Shown: one piece after another, positions 1-8,885 of the stretch | Layout of the letters: each line of letters begins with the position of its first letter | Numbering within the stretch: position 1 is the stretch's first letter | Assembly: GCA_021513695.1 (NCBI GenBank) | Contig: CP084166.1 | Location: forward strand, 224,001 to 288,000 | Length of the DNA: 64,000 nucleotides | Direction of reading: 5' to 3' | Source of the DNA: Candidatus Heimdallarchaeum aukensis | GTDB lineage: Archaea; Asgardarchaeota; Heimdallarchaeia; Heimdallarchaeales; Heimdallarchaeaceae | Position numbers and translations under genes: made by a program | The notes under the pieces: generated by a model | The model's input: only the letters and a program-made list of their open reading frames with translations | Database searches by the model: none | What the model was told of the DNA's origin: nothing

Positions 1-980
1 TCTAATAATTGATTAGCAGCAACAACAACAGAAGCTGAAGCAGGTTCAATAAATAAGCCTTCTTTTTTTGCTAAAAGAAGGGCTTGATCTATCATTTTTT
101 CTCCCTCTATTTCAATTTCTTTTCCTTTAGTTTTTAGAAGAATATCGCCGATTTTTTGAGAAAGTGTCTGAGGTGTAGGAATCTTTAGAGATTCTGCATA
201 AAAGTCTAAATCTTCTTGTTTCAAAGACACAGCATAAAATGAGGGGATTTTTTCTATCCAACCAGATGCTAAAGCATCTTCAAAACCCCTATATATAGAA
301 TAGAAAAGAGAGCCAGAACCTTTTGGAATAATAATATTTTCAATTGTTTCAGATAAGTGAGCGATTTCTAAACCTATAGTTTTCTGACCTTCAACAGTCA
401 AAATATTGTCAGATGAAGCGAAAAAAACTCCACCCTTTTGTAGTTCTCTCCCCTTCTCAATTGCTTCTTCAGTAGTAGAACCATGTTCGACTACTTTACT
501 TCCATAAACTTTCATCTGTTCAATTTTTGATAATTCTAAATTCGAAGGTACAATGTTAGTGAGTTCTAAACCTGCTAATGCAGAGTAAGCTGATAAACTT
601 ATGCCTAAAGAACCAGAACTAGAGCACACCAGTTTAGAAATAGAGGAAGAAGAAAGATAAGAAGCAATAAGTGAAGATGCACGGTCTCTGAATGATCCAG
701 TTGGATTTCTAAATTCAAGTTTTAGTTTTAATCCTTTTAGTGATGAAATGTTGTTAATTAATAAAATAGGTGTATTTCCTTCAGACAATGTATAAACCTT
801 CTCTAGTGAAGGTAAAAAAGGACTGAATGACCATATATTTGATATTTTTATCTTACTTTTTTCAGGTCCTTGAATAGGGTCTATGTTTTGGATAGAACCA
901 CAAAAAGGGCAAAGAAGATCAAAATTAATAGATAATGTATCTTTCTTACATTTGATACAATACGGTTTTTTCTTCCACAT
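1..980 (-). CDS. threonine synthase-like PLP-dependent enzyme (5' ~326 codons; 3' end runs off the window)
   Basis: My own minus-strand translation from the ATG at 980-978. It reads MWKKKPYCIKCKK..CPFCG (two CxxC pairs, Zn-ribbon-like), then LEFRNPTGSFRDRASS (ThrC-type PLP-motif region) and a GSGSL loop. It is absent from the ORF track because it is open at the window edge. Confidence 0.7.
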   Translation of the reverse strand, partial: MWKKKPYCIKCKKDTLSINFDLLCPFCGSIQNIDPIQGPEKSKIKISNIWSFSPFLPSLEKVYTLSEGNTPILLINNISSLKGLKLKLEFRNPTGSFRDRASSLIASYLSSSSISKLVCSSSGSLGISLSAYSALAGLELTNIVPSNLELSKIEQMKVYGSKVVEHGSTTEEAIEKGRELQKGGVFFASSDNILTVEGQKTIGLEIAHLSETIENIIIPKGSGSLFYSIYRGFEDALASGWIEKIPSFYAVSLKQEDLDFYAESLKIPTPQTLSQKIGDILLKTKGKEIEIEGEKMIDQALLLAKKEGLFIEPASASVVVAANQLL

Positions 981-991
981 TTTTTAGCTCC

Positions 992-1186
992 TTATTCTGT
1001 TAAAACAGGCTCTTCTTTTGGATCGATTCTAATATCGCTATTACAGAGTGCATCAAAAATTTCTTCGATCTTAAAAGAATCAGGGTCTTTAAAGTAGAGA
1101 TAAAGTTCCAAATCTCTCTTGATTAAGAAATCAAGAAGTTTTATAAGCAATTCTTTTTCTGTTTTTGAGTTAACAATAATTTGCAT
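992..1186 (-). CDS. hypothetical small acidic protein, probably co-transcribed with the ThrC-like gene
   Basis: 64-aa ORF. Its stop lies 11 nt upstream of the ThrC-like start on the same strand. No recognisable motif. Confidence 0.4.
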   Translation of the reverse strand: MQIIVNSKTEKELLIKLLDFLIKRDLELYLYFKDPDSFKIEEIFDALCNSDIRIDPKEEPVLTE

Positions 1187-1371
1187 TATATAAACATAGA
1201 TTTTCTATTCTTATATTTTTTGAATAAATATTACATTATTTTTGAATAAACAAAGTTGTCCTAAACATTCTTTAAATCAATATCTTTCATATTTTTTTGA
1301 TTTGAAAAATAATTGTTTTTAAGATAATTTTATAAATAACCTCTATCTTTTGATAAAATAAGGAGTTAAAA

Positions 1372-3081
1372 ATGCCACAGAAATTATGGAAATATATACC
1401 TTCAATACCTGATGAAATTGAAATACCAGATAAGAGTATTATTGAATTATTTAGAGAAACAGCTAGCAATTTTCAAGATTTACCACTAACTTATTTTGAA
1501 GGAAAATACAAAACCTACAAAGAAGTAGTTGATGACATTAATCGTTTAGCAAATGGTTTAAGAGATTTGGGTATAAAGAAAGGTGATAGGGTTGCAGCCT
1601 TTTTACCCAATAGCCCTCAATTTGTAGTAACTTTCTTAGCTGTACATTCATTAGGAGCTATTTTTACAGGTATTAGTGCACTCAGTTCCCAAAAAGAACT
1701 TCAATATCAACTAGAAGATAGTGGAGCAAAAGCTATAGTCACTTTTGATGTATTTTTAGACAAAGTCAGAGAAGTTAAAGGTGAAACATCACTAGAGCAT
1801 ATCATTGTCACATCTGCAGCTGATGAGTTGCCTTCAATTAAAGCATTTTTATATAGATTAATAATAGGTAGAAAGAATCCTAAAGTAAAAAATGAAATAA
1901 AATACAAGGATTTATTAAAGAAAAGTTCAAATGAACCAATTATTACAAAAGTAGATCCAAAGGAAGATATAGCAATTCTGCAATATACTGGTGGTACAAC
2001 TGGTGTAATGAAGGGTGCAATGCTTACTCACAGAAACTTAGTTGCCCAAGCGATTACTCTAGATTATTGGAAAAATTGGTTAGATAACGTGCCAGAAAAG
2101 CCATATAGAATAGTTGGAGCTTTACCGTTTTCTCATATTTTTGGACTTTCAACTTCGTTATTATGGCCTGCGATTGCTGGAGCAACAATATATCTGTTCC
2201 CTGACCCAAGAAAATTAGAAGCAATAATGAAGTCAATAGACAAATTCAAAATTCAATTTTTCATGGGTATTCCTGTAATGTTCTTGAAAATATCAGAACA
2301 TCCTAATGTGGATAAATATGATCTATCCTCTTTACTAATGTGCATTTCTGGAGGAGAATCCTTACCGCAAGTAACAGTTGAAAAATTTGAATCAAAAACA
2401 GGTAATGTTCTAGTTGAGGGATATGGTTTAACTGAATCTTCACCTGTTACACATGTCAACCCTGCAAATCGAAAATATAGGAAAATAGGAACAATCGGTA
2501 TACCAATACCTAATGTAAAAGCAATGATAGTCGATACAGATACATTAGAAGAAATAACAGAGTTTGGAAAACCAGGAGAATTATGGATTCGAGGACCTTC
2601 AGTGATGAAAGGATACTGGAACAATAAAGAAGCAACAGAAAACTCTCTAGTGAAAGGTTGGTTAAGAACAGGAGATATAGCTGTCATGGATGAAGAAGGG
2701 TTCTTTGCAATAGTAGATAGAATAAAAGATATGATTATCGTTTCAGGCTATAAAGTGTGGCCTAATGAAGTTGAGGATGTGCTATATAGTCACCCTGCAA
2801 TAAATATGGCAGCAGTAATTGGTGAAAAAGCTGAAACAAAAGAAATAGTAAAAGCATATCTAGTAAAAGAACCAGGACATGAAGAGTTGTCGCTAGAAGA
2901 AGTAAGAGAATATTGTAAGAAACACTTGGCTCCTTATAAAGTTCCAAGAAAAATAGAATACTTAGAAGAATTACCACGCACAGCTCTTGGAAAAGTTCTA
3001 AGAAAAGAACTAAGAGCATTATCAGCGGTAACATCTGCTCAATCATTACCAAAAGAAACTATTGAAAAACTAGCTAAATAG
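1372..3081 (+). CDS. AMP-dependent acyl-CoA synthetase (long-chain fatty acid--CoA ligase type)
   Basis: AMP-binding motif LQYTGGTTGVMKGAMLTH, plus GYGLTE, RTGD and C-terminal PRTALGKVLRKEL. 569 aa. Confidence 0.9.
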   Translation: MPQKLWKYIPSIPDEIEIPDKSIIELFRETASNFQDLPLTYFEGKYKTYKEVVDDINRLANGLRDLGIKKGDRVAAFLPNSPQFVVTFLAVHSLGAIFTGISALSSQKELQYQLEDSGAKAIVTFDVFLDKVREVKGETSLEHIIVTSAADELPSIKAFLYRLIIGRKNPKVKNEIKYKDLLKKSSNEPIITKVDPKEDIAILQYTGGTTGVMKGAMLTHRNLVAQAITLDYWKNWLDNVPEKPYRIVGALPFSHIFGLSTSLLWPAIAGATIYLFPDPRKLEAIMKSIDKFKIQFFMGIPVMFLKISEHPNVDKYDLSSLLMCISGGESLPQVTVEKFESKTGNVLVEGYGLTESSPVTHVNPANRKYRKIGTIGIPIPNVKAMIVDTDTLEEITEFGKPGELWIRGPSVMKGYWNNKEATENSLVKGWLRTGDIAVMDEEGFFAIVDRIKDMIIVSGYKVWPNEVEDVLYSHPAINMAAVIGEKAETKEIVKAYLVKEPGHEELSLEEVREYCKKHLAPYKVPRKIEYLEELPRTALGKVLRKELRALSAVTSAQSLPKETIEKLAK

Positions 3082-3083
3082 AC

Positions 3084-3114
3084 TTTTTTATTTTTATTTT
3101 TGTTTTTATTTTTC
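3084..3114 (+). terminator. oligo-T tract between convergent genes (archaeal-type terminator candidate)
   Basis: ttttttatttttatttttgtttttattttt sits directly after the 3081 stop. The region is shared with the convergent 3162..4112 gene. Confidence 0.3.
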
Positions 3115-3161
3115 TAAATTTTGGTCTTATTTTATTGGAAAATGAAGGTGATGTTAGTTTA

Positions 3162-4112
3162 TTACTTTGTTAGAAACTCAAGTTTCTCGATATTAATAAA
3201 ACCAAAACTCACTAGATTTGAAAATAAAGAGAGAAAATAGGGGAAAGAAATAATTAATTCTTCATTCTTAAAAATCTCATAAATATCGTAAATCGTATGA
3301 TTAATATTTCCACAGCATTCTTTTAGCATTTTTATGAAAAGTTTGTAAACTTTAACTGGTGTCATCGGGAAAATCTCATCAAAATTTTTTTCGAATATAT
3401 CAATATTTGTTTTGTAACTGTGTGGAATAGCGATTCTAGATTGTAATAACAAATCCAACTCTAGCAATGAAATATCATCAGGGGGATTTTCAATAATTCT
3501 ATCAATGTAAGCAGGGATAAAAGCTAGTGAAAAATTGTCTAAATAAACAAGCTGTTCTATTAAATCGTTAATTTTCTTAATCCACAGTTGAGCTATTTTA
3601 GTATTTAGTGATGAATTGATGCAGATCTTAGTTTCTATGAAGTTGAGAATAGAGTATTCAACAATTTCATTGCACTGTTTATCAGTATTATTGGAATTCT
3701 CTTCAAGATAGTATATTTCTTCTCTTAATTTGTCTATTATCTTAAGAGAGTATAGGTTTACTCCTCCGTAATCAATCGTTGGGGTTAATATTTGCTGATT
3801 ATATTTTGAAATTGATGGTATTGGAATCCCGAATTCTACATCTTGTTCTCCTATTATTGAAGGTGTTTTATCAATATCCGTACGCAAAAGAACATGAGAT
3901 CTAACTGAATTGTTAGTGTCTATAAAGAGTTTTGTAGCTCTTAATGAGCTATCTCCACACTCATGTACATCTACAAGTTCAAAGATATCTTTACCTTCGT
4001 TCAAAAAAGGTAAAATCGTCTTTGGAATGAAAATTATTCTTTGTTTTTGACATGCTGTACATAAATACTCTATTGAAACTCGAGATTCAGCTCTTATTGT
4101 CAATTTCTTCAA
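3162..4112 (-). CDS. hypothetical CxxC..HxC protein, paralog family A
   Basis: N-terminus reads IEYLCTACQKQRI..DVHECG. It is a full-length paralog of 16127..16990, sharing IEYxCxxCxKQRI, DVHxC, G[IL]P[IL]PS and a C-terminal LxNLVxxGxINI. It is divergent from the GTPase gene. Confidence 0.6.
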   Translation of the reverse strand: MKKLTIRAESRVSIEYLCTACQKQRIIFIPKTILPFLNEGKDIFELVDVHECGDSSLRATKLFIDTNNSVRSHVLLRTDIDKTPSIIGEQDVEFGIPIPSISKYNQQILTPTIDYGGVNLYSLKIIDKLREEIYYLEENSNNTDKQCNEIVEYSILNFIETKICINSSLNTKIAQLWIKKINDLIEQLVYLDNFSLAFIPAYIDRIIENPPDDISLLELDLLLQSRIAIPHSYKTNIDIFEKNFDEIFPMTPVKVYKLFIKMLKECCGNINHTIYDIYEIFKNEELIISFPYFLSLFSNLVSFGFINIEKLEFLTK

Positions 4113-4507
4113 TAAAAAGTATACTTAATTATTTATATATTTATACATACGGTTTTTCTTTCTACTCGATGTGAAGAGAAATACTTGTTGTATGTAATTT
4201 ACAGAAAATGAGAACTTAAGTTTCAATGAACATATGACCATTTTCTAGCCAAAAAAGACCTGAAAGAAAGTCAGTGTTTTGAAAATAAAAAGATAAAAAT
4301 TTATTTGAAAACAATTTTATTAAATAGAACCTTTGTCAAACAGTTTCAAAGTAAATAGAAGAATGTTTAGTATAGTTTTCTTTTTTAGTTTAAAAGATTT
4401 AAAAAGGGAGTTTATAGTTTAAGAAAAAAACATTTATTCTTTTAATTGAATATTGTTAGAGTAGATAAGTTTTAATAGAATAAAGGTGAATTATATTAAG
4501 TAAACCA

Positions 4508-5092
4508 GTGGTACAAATGAACTCATTGAATCAAAACATCTTTAAAATCGTACTCCTTGGAGAAGGAGCTGTAGGAAAAACCTCTTTAAAACGAACTTAT
4601 ATGGGTGAAGAATTCGTAGAAGGATATAAAATGACAGTAGGTGCTGATTTCGCAGTCAAGAAACTGGAGGTAGATTTCTACAAAATAACTTTGCAGATAT
4701 GGGATCTAGCAGGGCAACCTAGGTTTGATGCGGTAAGAGAGGCATACTATAGAGGAGCTAAAGGAGCTTTACTAGTTTTTGATATCTCTAGACCAGAAAC
4801 ATACGAAATACTACCTAAATGGCTAAATGAGTTAATAAAAAACAGTGGTGGACGAAAGGTACCAATAATTCTAATTGGAAATAAATCTGACTTGCGCGAA
4901 AAACATGATCAAACTGTTCCAATTAACTATGCTGAAGATTATGCTGAAAAGCTAACAATGTGGTCTGGATATCACGTGTCTTACGTTGAAACAAGTGCAA
5001 AAACGGGAGAAAATGTAGAAAAAGCCTTTAGTGAATTAGCTCTTCAACTTGTACGTAATTTAGAAAAATTAAAAGTTGAACTAGGGATATAA
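4508..5092 (+). CDS. Rab-like small GTPase (Ras superfamily)
   Basis: G1 GEGAVGKTS, switch I TVGADF, G3 WDLAGQPRF, YYRGAKGALLVFDIS, G4 GNKSDL and G5 ETSAKTGENVEKAF. There is no C-terminal Cys. The ATG at 4517 is an alternative to the GTG at 4508. Confidence 0.9.
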   Translation: MVQMNSLNQNIFKIVLLGEGAVGKTSLKRTYMGEEFVEGYKMTVGADFAVKKLEVDFYKITLQIWDLAGQPRFDAVREAYYRGAKGALLVFDISRPETYEILPKWLNELIKNSGGRKVPIILIGNKSDLREKHDQTVPINYAEDYAEKLTMWSGYHVSYVETSAKTGENVEKAFSELALQLVRNLEKLKVELGI

Positions 5093-5096
5093 AAAA

Positions 5097-5867
5097 TTAC
5101 TTTCTAAAATATGGTATTTTTACATAAGGTAATTTAATAATAAATTTGTCTTTTGAATAAACAATTATTCCACCAAGTCCTTTAACACAATGTTCGATAA
5201 AATCTTGTTCTATTGACTTTACTTTTTCTCTTTTACCTAAAGTTTCAACCAATTTAAACTTATCATAAAGATTAATTTTAAATACAAAATCCAGCATGTT
5301 CTGCTCATTACTGTATATAATTATAATCTCTGAATTTTTTTGTTGTTGCAATAAGGATTGAAACATAAGATATTCAAATAGGATATCGAGATTTTCATCT
5401 TTAACTATACATAAATCAGCAGAACCTTCAGGAAAAATAATGTCTGGAGATTGTTTAGTATAATGAGTGAGAAGATAGTGAGAAGTTAATTCTTTTATGA
5501 ACTCATGCAAGTTAACAAATGTCTTTTTGTACAATCTTCTAGATAATAACGTTATCAACTGTCTAGTAAATTTAATTTTAAAAATACTCTCTTCTAAAAG
5601 TAGAAGTGATTCATTATTCTCAAAACTTCCTTCTTTCATTGCTGATAAAATACTTAAATTATATACTGTATGGAGAAGATTTCCCATGTCATGGGTTAAA
5701 ATTTCAACTATTTTTGTTGTTCTTTGGTTTTCAGTCTCTATTTCTCGAGTCTTAATTTTTAGATTTTTACTTAACTGATAATTCCAAAGAAATAGAGATA
5801 TGATTAATATAAGTACTAAAGCGAATATAGAGACTACAGCGATTAGAAAAATTGCATAGCTATTCAA
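5097..5867 (-). CDS. membrane-anchored histidine-kinase-like protein with a weak/degenerate ATPase half
   Basis: One N-terminal TM helix and the H-box-like motif ILTHDMGNLLHTV. The C-terminal half lacks clear N/G1 boxes and has only the G2-like KGLGGIIVYSKDKFIIKLPY. Confidence 0.5.
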   Translation of the reverse strand: MNSYAIFLIAVVSIFALVLILIISLFLWNYQLSKNLKIKTREIETENQRTTKIVEILTHDMGNLLHTVYNLSILSAMKEGSFENNESLLLLEESIFKIKFTRQLITLLSRRLYKKTFVNLHEFIKELTSHYLLTHYTKQSPDIIFPEGSADLCIVKDENLDILFEYLMFQSLLQQQKNSEIIIIYSNEQNMLDFVFKINLYDKFKLVETLGKREKVKSIEQDFIEHCVKGLGGIIVYSKDKFIIKLPYVKIPYFRK

Positions 5868-5953
5868 GAATCTTCATTAATGTCTACATTTTATTACTTA
5901 TATTTTTTTTTAATTAGATAATGTGATGAAAAATAAAGAAAATAAAAAACGCT

Positions 5954-7330
5954 TTACCCTGAAACTGTAATATTGGCTATTGAAACAGCAGGAGCATCTA
6001 AAGGCCAAGGTGATTGTAGTACATCATCACCAATTGAAATAAAGTTTTCAAAGACTTGGTAATAGTTTCCTGCAATGCTTACAGATCTTAAAGGTAATGT
6101 ACGTTCTCCTTTTTCAATTAGAAAAGCGTTGTTTGAAGTTATACTGAAATCTCCTGTAATTACATTTGCTGTGAATAGTCCTATTGGTGTCTCTTCAATA
6201 TAGATTCCTTTATCTATTTCTGCTATCTGTTCTTCGAGGTTTTTCTTTACTGGTTCAACTACGAGTTTTCTAGGAGAAACACTTGGGATATTTTCGAAAG
6301 CAATTCCTCCCATCATACCTCCTCTGCTTGCATTAGCTGTTGTTTCTGTATTTGCAGCTTTAGCATACATTCTATCAAAGAGGAAAGTTTTCAAAATTCC
6401 TTTTTCGATGATTGAAGTTTTACCTACTGGGCTTCCTTCTCCGTCAATTGCTACTGTACTTTGACTTTCAGGTATTTGTCCGTCGTCAATTAAGTTGAAC
6501 CTTTCATCAGCAATCTTTTTACCTAGCTTGTCTCCTAAAGGATTCCTTTTTTCCACATATGCAGCTCCAGAGAGTGATTGCATAAATGGAACAGTAAGAA
6601 ATGCTGAAGAAGTATAAGGATGAAGTACAATAGGAAGTTTTTCACTCACATTAAAGGGTTTTGAACCTAAATGCTGAAAACCTTTTTCTACTGCTTTTTG
6701 ACCTAGTTCACTAATATCTTCATTCTTTCTACTAAGGACAAATTCAGATGCAGTTTTCCTATCTCCTTCTTTCATTACAACTGCATACGCTGATCCTCCA
6801 AAGACAGTAGATAAAGTAGAAACTAAACATCCTTCAGTAGTTCCAATAGCGTATCCTCTTACTACTTTTTCGACGTTTACAGATACACCTATGATTCTTT
6901 GATCATTTTTATCAACATTGTAAAGTAGTTCTGAAATTTTGTCTGCTAATTTCTCAGGAGTTAAATGTAAAACTTCATGGTCGAGAATACCATCTTTAGA
7001 TTGTTTACTTTCACTTACAAAACTTTCAAAAAGAGGATTTTTTGGGCTAGCTTTAGCAATAGCATAAGCTTTTCTTAAAGCTTCCTTGATTGATTTTTCA
7101 GAAAAACCAGTACAAGAGGAGAAACCTAGTTGTTTTCCTATTGCAACTCGAATTCCTACCCCCTGAACTACACCATCTCTACTGTCTACTTTACCTTTGT
7201 TTTCGCTTAAACTGGTCTCTAACGAATTATAAACAAAAGCTTCAGCAGACGGAATGTTAAGATCTCTAGCATATTTAATCGTAGTATCGGCAATATTCAA
7301 TATTTTTTCTCGTATTTCATTCAGTTCCAT
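5954..7330 (-). CDS. pmbA: PmbA/TldE family metalloprotease partner
   Basis: 458 aa of the PmbA_TldD family type, lacking HExxxH. Its start overlaps the tldD stop by 1 nt (ATGA). Confidence 0.85.
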   Translation of the reverse strand: MELNEIREKILNIADTTIKYARDLNIPSAEAFVYNSLETSLSENKGKVDSRDGVVQGVGIRVAIGKQLGFSSCTGFSEKSIKEALRKAYAIAKASPKNPLFESFVSESKQSKDGILDHEVLHLTPEKLADKISELLYNVDKNDQRIIGVSVNVEKVVRGYAIGTTEGCLVSTLSTVFGGSAYAVVMKEGDRKTASEFVLSRKNEDISELGQKAVEKGFQHLGSKPFNVSEKLPIVLHPYTSSAFLTVPFMQSLSGAAYVEKRNPLGDKLGKKIADERFNLIDDGQIPESQSTVAIDGEGSPVGKTSIIEKGILKTFLFDRMYAKAANTETTANASRGGMMGGIAFENIPSVSPRKLVVEPVKKNLEEQIAEIDKGIYIEETPIGLFTANVITGDFSITSNNAFLIEKGERTLPLRSVSIAGNYYQVFENFISIGDDVLQSPWPLDAPAVSIANITVSG

Positions 7331-8781
7331 TATTTTGCACCTCCAACTAAAACTTCATCTACAAGTAACTCTGCACCCCCAAGTCCAACAGGTAATGGAA
7401 ATTGTCCACCTTTACCACATCCACCAAAATAACCAGTCATAATGTTGAAATCTTTGGTTACTCCTTGAACTTGTTTGATTAATTCTAAGATATTTCCTGA
7501 AAGTGATGCATCTCTTACAGCATACTTTATCTCTCCATTTTCAACCCAATAACCTCTATTGCAATTGAATAGAAAGTTTCCATCTAAACCCACTTGACCA
7601 CCTGATGAAGAAACTGCATAAAAACCATCTTTAAGCTGTTCTAGAGCTTCCTCTAGACTTAAGTCTCCAGGAGCAAAGTAAGTATTTTTCATTCGTGGGA
7701 TAGGTGGATACATAAAGGTGATAGCTCTTGAATTTCCTGTTGGTTCAGCATTCATCTTTTTAGCTGTTCCTCTGTTATGTAAGTATCCTTTCAATACTCC
7801 TTTCTCTAAAAGAACAGTTTTGTCAGTTTTAATTCCTTGGTCATCATAAGGAAGCCACAGACCATTTGTTTCTCTTGGGATTGTTCCTTCATCGATAATT
7901 GTTGCCATTTCAGTACCTAAAACTTCGCCTATTTTATCAGATAATGGAGACATTCCAGTTACAACAAAATCACTTTCAGATAAATGTCCAAAGGATTCGT
8001 GAGCCAATACTCCTCCTAATCTCCATCCAATAAGGGCTTTCTGTTTTCCCGCTTTAATTGGCTTTGCTTCAGTTTGCTCTTTGCAATATTTTCCAGCATT
8101 GGTTCCAATTGTTTCAGGAAGATATTTCTCTTTTTCAAAAACTTCTAAACCAAGTGAAGAACCAATTCCATCAATACCCATAGCTCTTTTTCCTTCAATC
8201 ATGGATATAGCTTGTATTCGAAGGTCAACTATCAAAGGTTGCCAGAAGATTTCACTTTCTTCAGAATTCACAAAATATTTGTCTCCATATAGTTCTCCGT
8301 ATAACCCTGTTGTACTACTCGGTTGAATGTGATTTTCAATAGCTTTTACTCCCCGTTTTAACATGGATAATTTTTCATCAAACTCTACATTCTTAGGGTG
8401 CTTCTTTACCTCTGTAAATTGTTTATCAACAATAGGATTCTGTGTTTCAAATTCCATTTTGACTTTATTTCTAGGAGCTGTTGCTTTAGCTATCTTGACT
8501 GCATTTTCAACTGTCTGAAGAATACTTTCCCAGTTTCTCTCTGGAGTGAAAGAAAAACCAGGAGAACCATCGAAATAAGCCATTATTCCAAAACCTTTTC
8601 TTAATTTAGTAGAAGCCTCTCTAATTCTTTCGTTGAGCAGATTAACTGTCATTAAGCTCATATCATCGTATCTAGCCTCAACAAAATCTGCTCCTAAATC
8701 TAATCCTTTATTTACTGCTTTATGTAGTAAATCAAAAATATATTCGTCTATAGCCTTCATCTCGAAAACAACATTGCTCAA
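7330..8781 (-). CDS. tldD: TldD metalloprotease
   Basis: 483 aa. It has the HExxxH motif in LAHESFGHLSE and the C-terminal GGCGKGGQ region typical of TldD. Confidence 0.9.
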   Translation of the reverse strand: MSNVVFEMKAIDEYIFDLLHKAVNKGLDLGADFVEARYDDMSLMTVNLLNERIREASTKLRKGFGIMAYFDGSPGFSFTPERNWESILQTVENAVKIAKATAPRNKVKMEFETQNPIVDKQFTEVKKHPKNVEFDEKLSMLKRGVKAIENHIQPSSTTGLYGELYGDKYFVNSEESEIFWQPLIVDLRIQAISMIEGKRAMGIDGIGSSLGLEVFEKEKYLPETIGTNAGKYCKEQTEAKPIKAGKQKALIGWRLGGVLAHESFGHLSESDFVVTGMSPLSDKIGEVLGTEMATIIDEGTIPRETNGLWLPYDDQGIKTDKTVLLEKGVLKGYLHNRGTAKKMNAEPTGNSRAITFMYPPIPRMKNTYFAPGDLSLEEALEQLKDGFYAVSSSGGQVGLDGNFLFNCNRGYWVENGEIKYAVRDASLSGNILELIKQVQGVTKDFNIMTGYFGGCGKGGQFPLPVGLGGAELLVDEVLVGGAK

Positions 8782-8885
8782 GTATTAATAAATCTATACT
8801 TTCACTTTGAGCTAAATCATTTCACCCTTTGGTTAAAAATCTTTTTTTAACCGTTTTTCTTGATCTGATAAAGGTAAAGATAATT

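Noticed and set aside
1287-3052. Antisense or shadow ORFs within the acyl-CoA synthetase gene (1287..1469, 1707..1907, 2054..2236, 2253..2687, 2762..3052). Similar shadow ORFs occur inside other long genes, for example 7254..7442, 8081..8326, 8398..8604, 15392..15583, 15752..16027, 19436..19648, 19706..19948, 29680..29922, 34334..34567 and 48348..48560.
   Set aside because: They overlap well-supported genes on the opposite strand or in another frame. They have low-complexity or odd composition and no recognisable motifs.
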